A DNA stretch of 63,928 bases, filler included, from Squatina squatina (Eukaryota), in assembly GCA_031763465.1 (NCBI GenBank). It is 3 parts of 3 records of this genome, joined end to end, with 100 filler letters (N's around TTAATTAATTAA, not from the genome) between each part and the next. Parts side by side here need not be neighbours in the genome. Positions count along the whole stretch, not along the records: positions 39,224 to 63,928 come from JARFOE010000001.1; 2 more parts are not named here. One strand, written 5' to 3'. Both the position numbers and the translations under genes were made by a program. Below the pieces are notes generated by a model, which saw only the letters and a program-made list of their open reading frames with translations, had not been told where the DNA came from and did no database searches. This document shows, piece by piece, positions 63,099-63,928 of the stretch (position 1 is the first letter of the stretch; the number at the start of each line of letters is the position of its first letter).

Positions 63099-63241
63099 GA
63101 TACTACTGCTGAAAGTTTGGGCATTGCTTCCAATTTAGCTCATGGAATTGGACACAATCTGGGAATGGACCATGACTTCCCAGCTCCAAAATGTATCTGT
63201 ACAGACAAAAAAGCTGGCTGCATCATGGCAGAAGTCCGAGG
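63099..63241 (+). CDS. ADAM metalloprotease-domain exon with a variant zinc motif and Met-turn
   Basis: ttcctag|DTTAESLGIASNLAHGIGHNLGMDHDFPAPKCICTDKKAGCIMAEVRG|gtgaga. Not in the ORF track. Confidence 0.9.
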
Positions 63242-63928
63242 GTGAGAAATGTGTAGAATGTTGACTGTTGATAGTTGTGGACAACGGGCCAGATTGTGCA
63301 GGTGGAAAAGGTTACAAAGATACAAAAGATTTAAATAGATTAGGTACACCCTGCTGTGGCAGCCGAAGGTCAGAGTGACAGCCTGCTGCTCCAAAAGGGG
63401 AAGCTTGAGACCAGAGGGACCGATTACCATTGCACCTGTTACTGTTGCGGCCTTCAGTCTCCTCAGCAATGGGCCGTCCACCTGCTTTCAGCCCAGTAAG
63501 CTTAACAGGGTACTAGGCAGAATTCCAAGGGAAGCCCAAATCACCTGCTGGTGGCCCCAATCTGCCATTCACCCTGATGGAGGTGGACAGAAGTGTCTGT
63601 CCTGTCGGAGCTCAACTTACCCGGTCGAATTGCGATTCACTGAAACTGGTCAATTTCTCCCCTTTCAGGAATTCTCCCAGTGCCCTGGTCATCATGTCAC
63701 CTTCAACCAACATCACCGAAGCACATTAACTGGACATTTACTTCATTGCTGTTTGTGGGATCTTGCTGTGTGCAAGTTGACTCCCATATTTGCTGACATA
63801 ACAACCGTGACTGCCATTTAAAAGCAATTCTTTGGCTGTGATGTGCTGTGGGATGTCCCAAGGATGTAATATAAAGACAAGTCCTTATTCTTGTTCTTCT
63901 GAGGAGTGAGTGCTGTGTGAATTTCACA

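Noticed and set aside
63640-63700. ETGQFLPFQEFSQC resembling the ADAM FSxCS exon
   Set aside because: No acceptor in the required phase 2 for that frame, no downstream CLxNxP motif, and it is flanked by repeat sequence.

Overview
Heavily fragmented draft assembly of a eukaryotic genome, most likely a cartilaginous fish (shark-type CR1/HER1 LINE tails, L2-tailed tRNA SINEs, Penelope-like ends, Harbinger relics). Short contigs are joined by N gaps, mostly 100 N. Two gaps carry an artificial TTAATTAATTAA spacer. Genes therefore appear only as scattered GT-AG exons, and gene density and order are partly assembly artefacts. Recognisable exons (recalled from known vertebrate proteins, no search run): PRDM13 and ASS1; a block of EXD3, FBXW5, TRAF2, CCDC183-like and RABL6; then ZNF638, a disrupted GVIN1/URGCP-family very-large-GTPase gene, WDR54, an RDH11/12-like SDR, an uncharacterised LRR protein, NOP56 with two intronic SNORD110-like snoRNAs, and an ADAM-family gene. 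Most notable: the ADAM zinc motif reads HGIGHNLGMDH (catalytic Glu replaced by Gly); the giant-GTPase gene appears to pair a MACPF-like GVIN1-type segment with a URGCP-type core and is disrupted; SNORD110 is duplicated and a third structured intronic element sits in NOP56; ZNF638 has a Met-less conserved-looking N-terminal extension and a Q/N/G repeat; a hammerhead-like motif lies in a Penelope-type repeat. I see no prokaryote-style operon or CRISPR array and cannot demonstrate a wholly new system.
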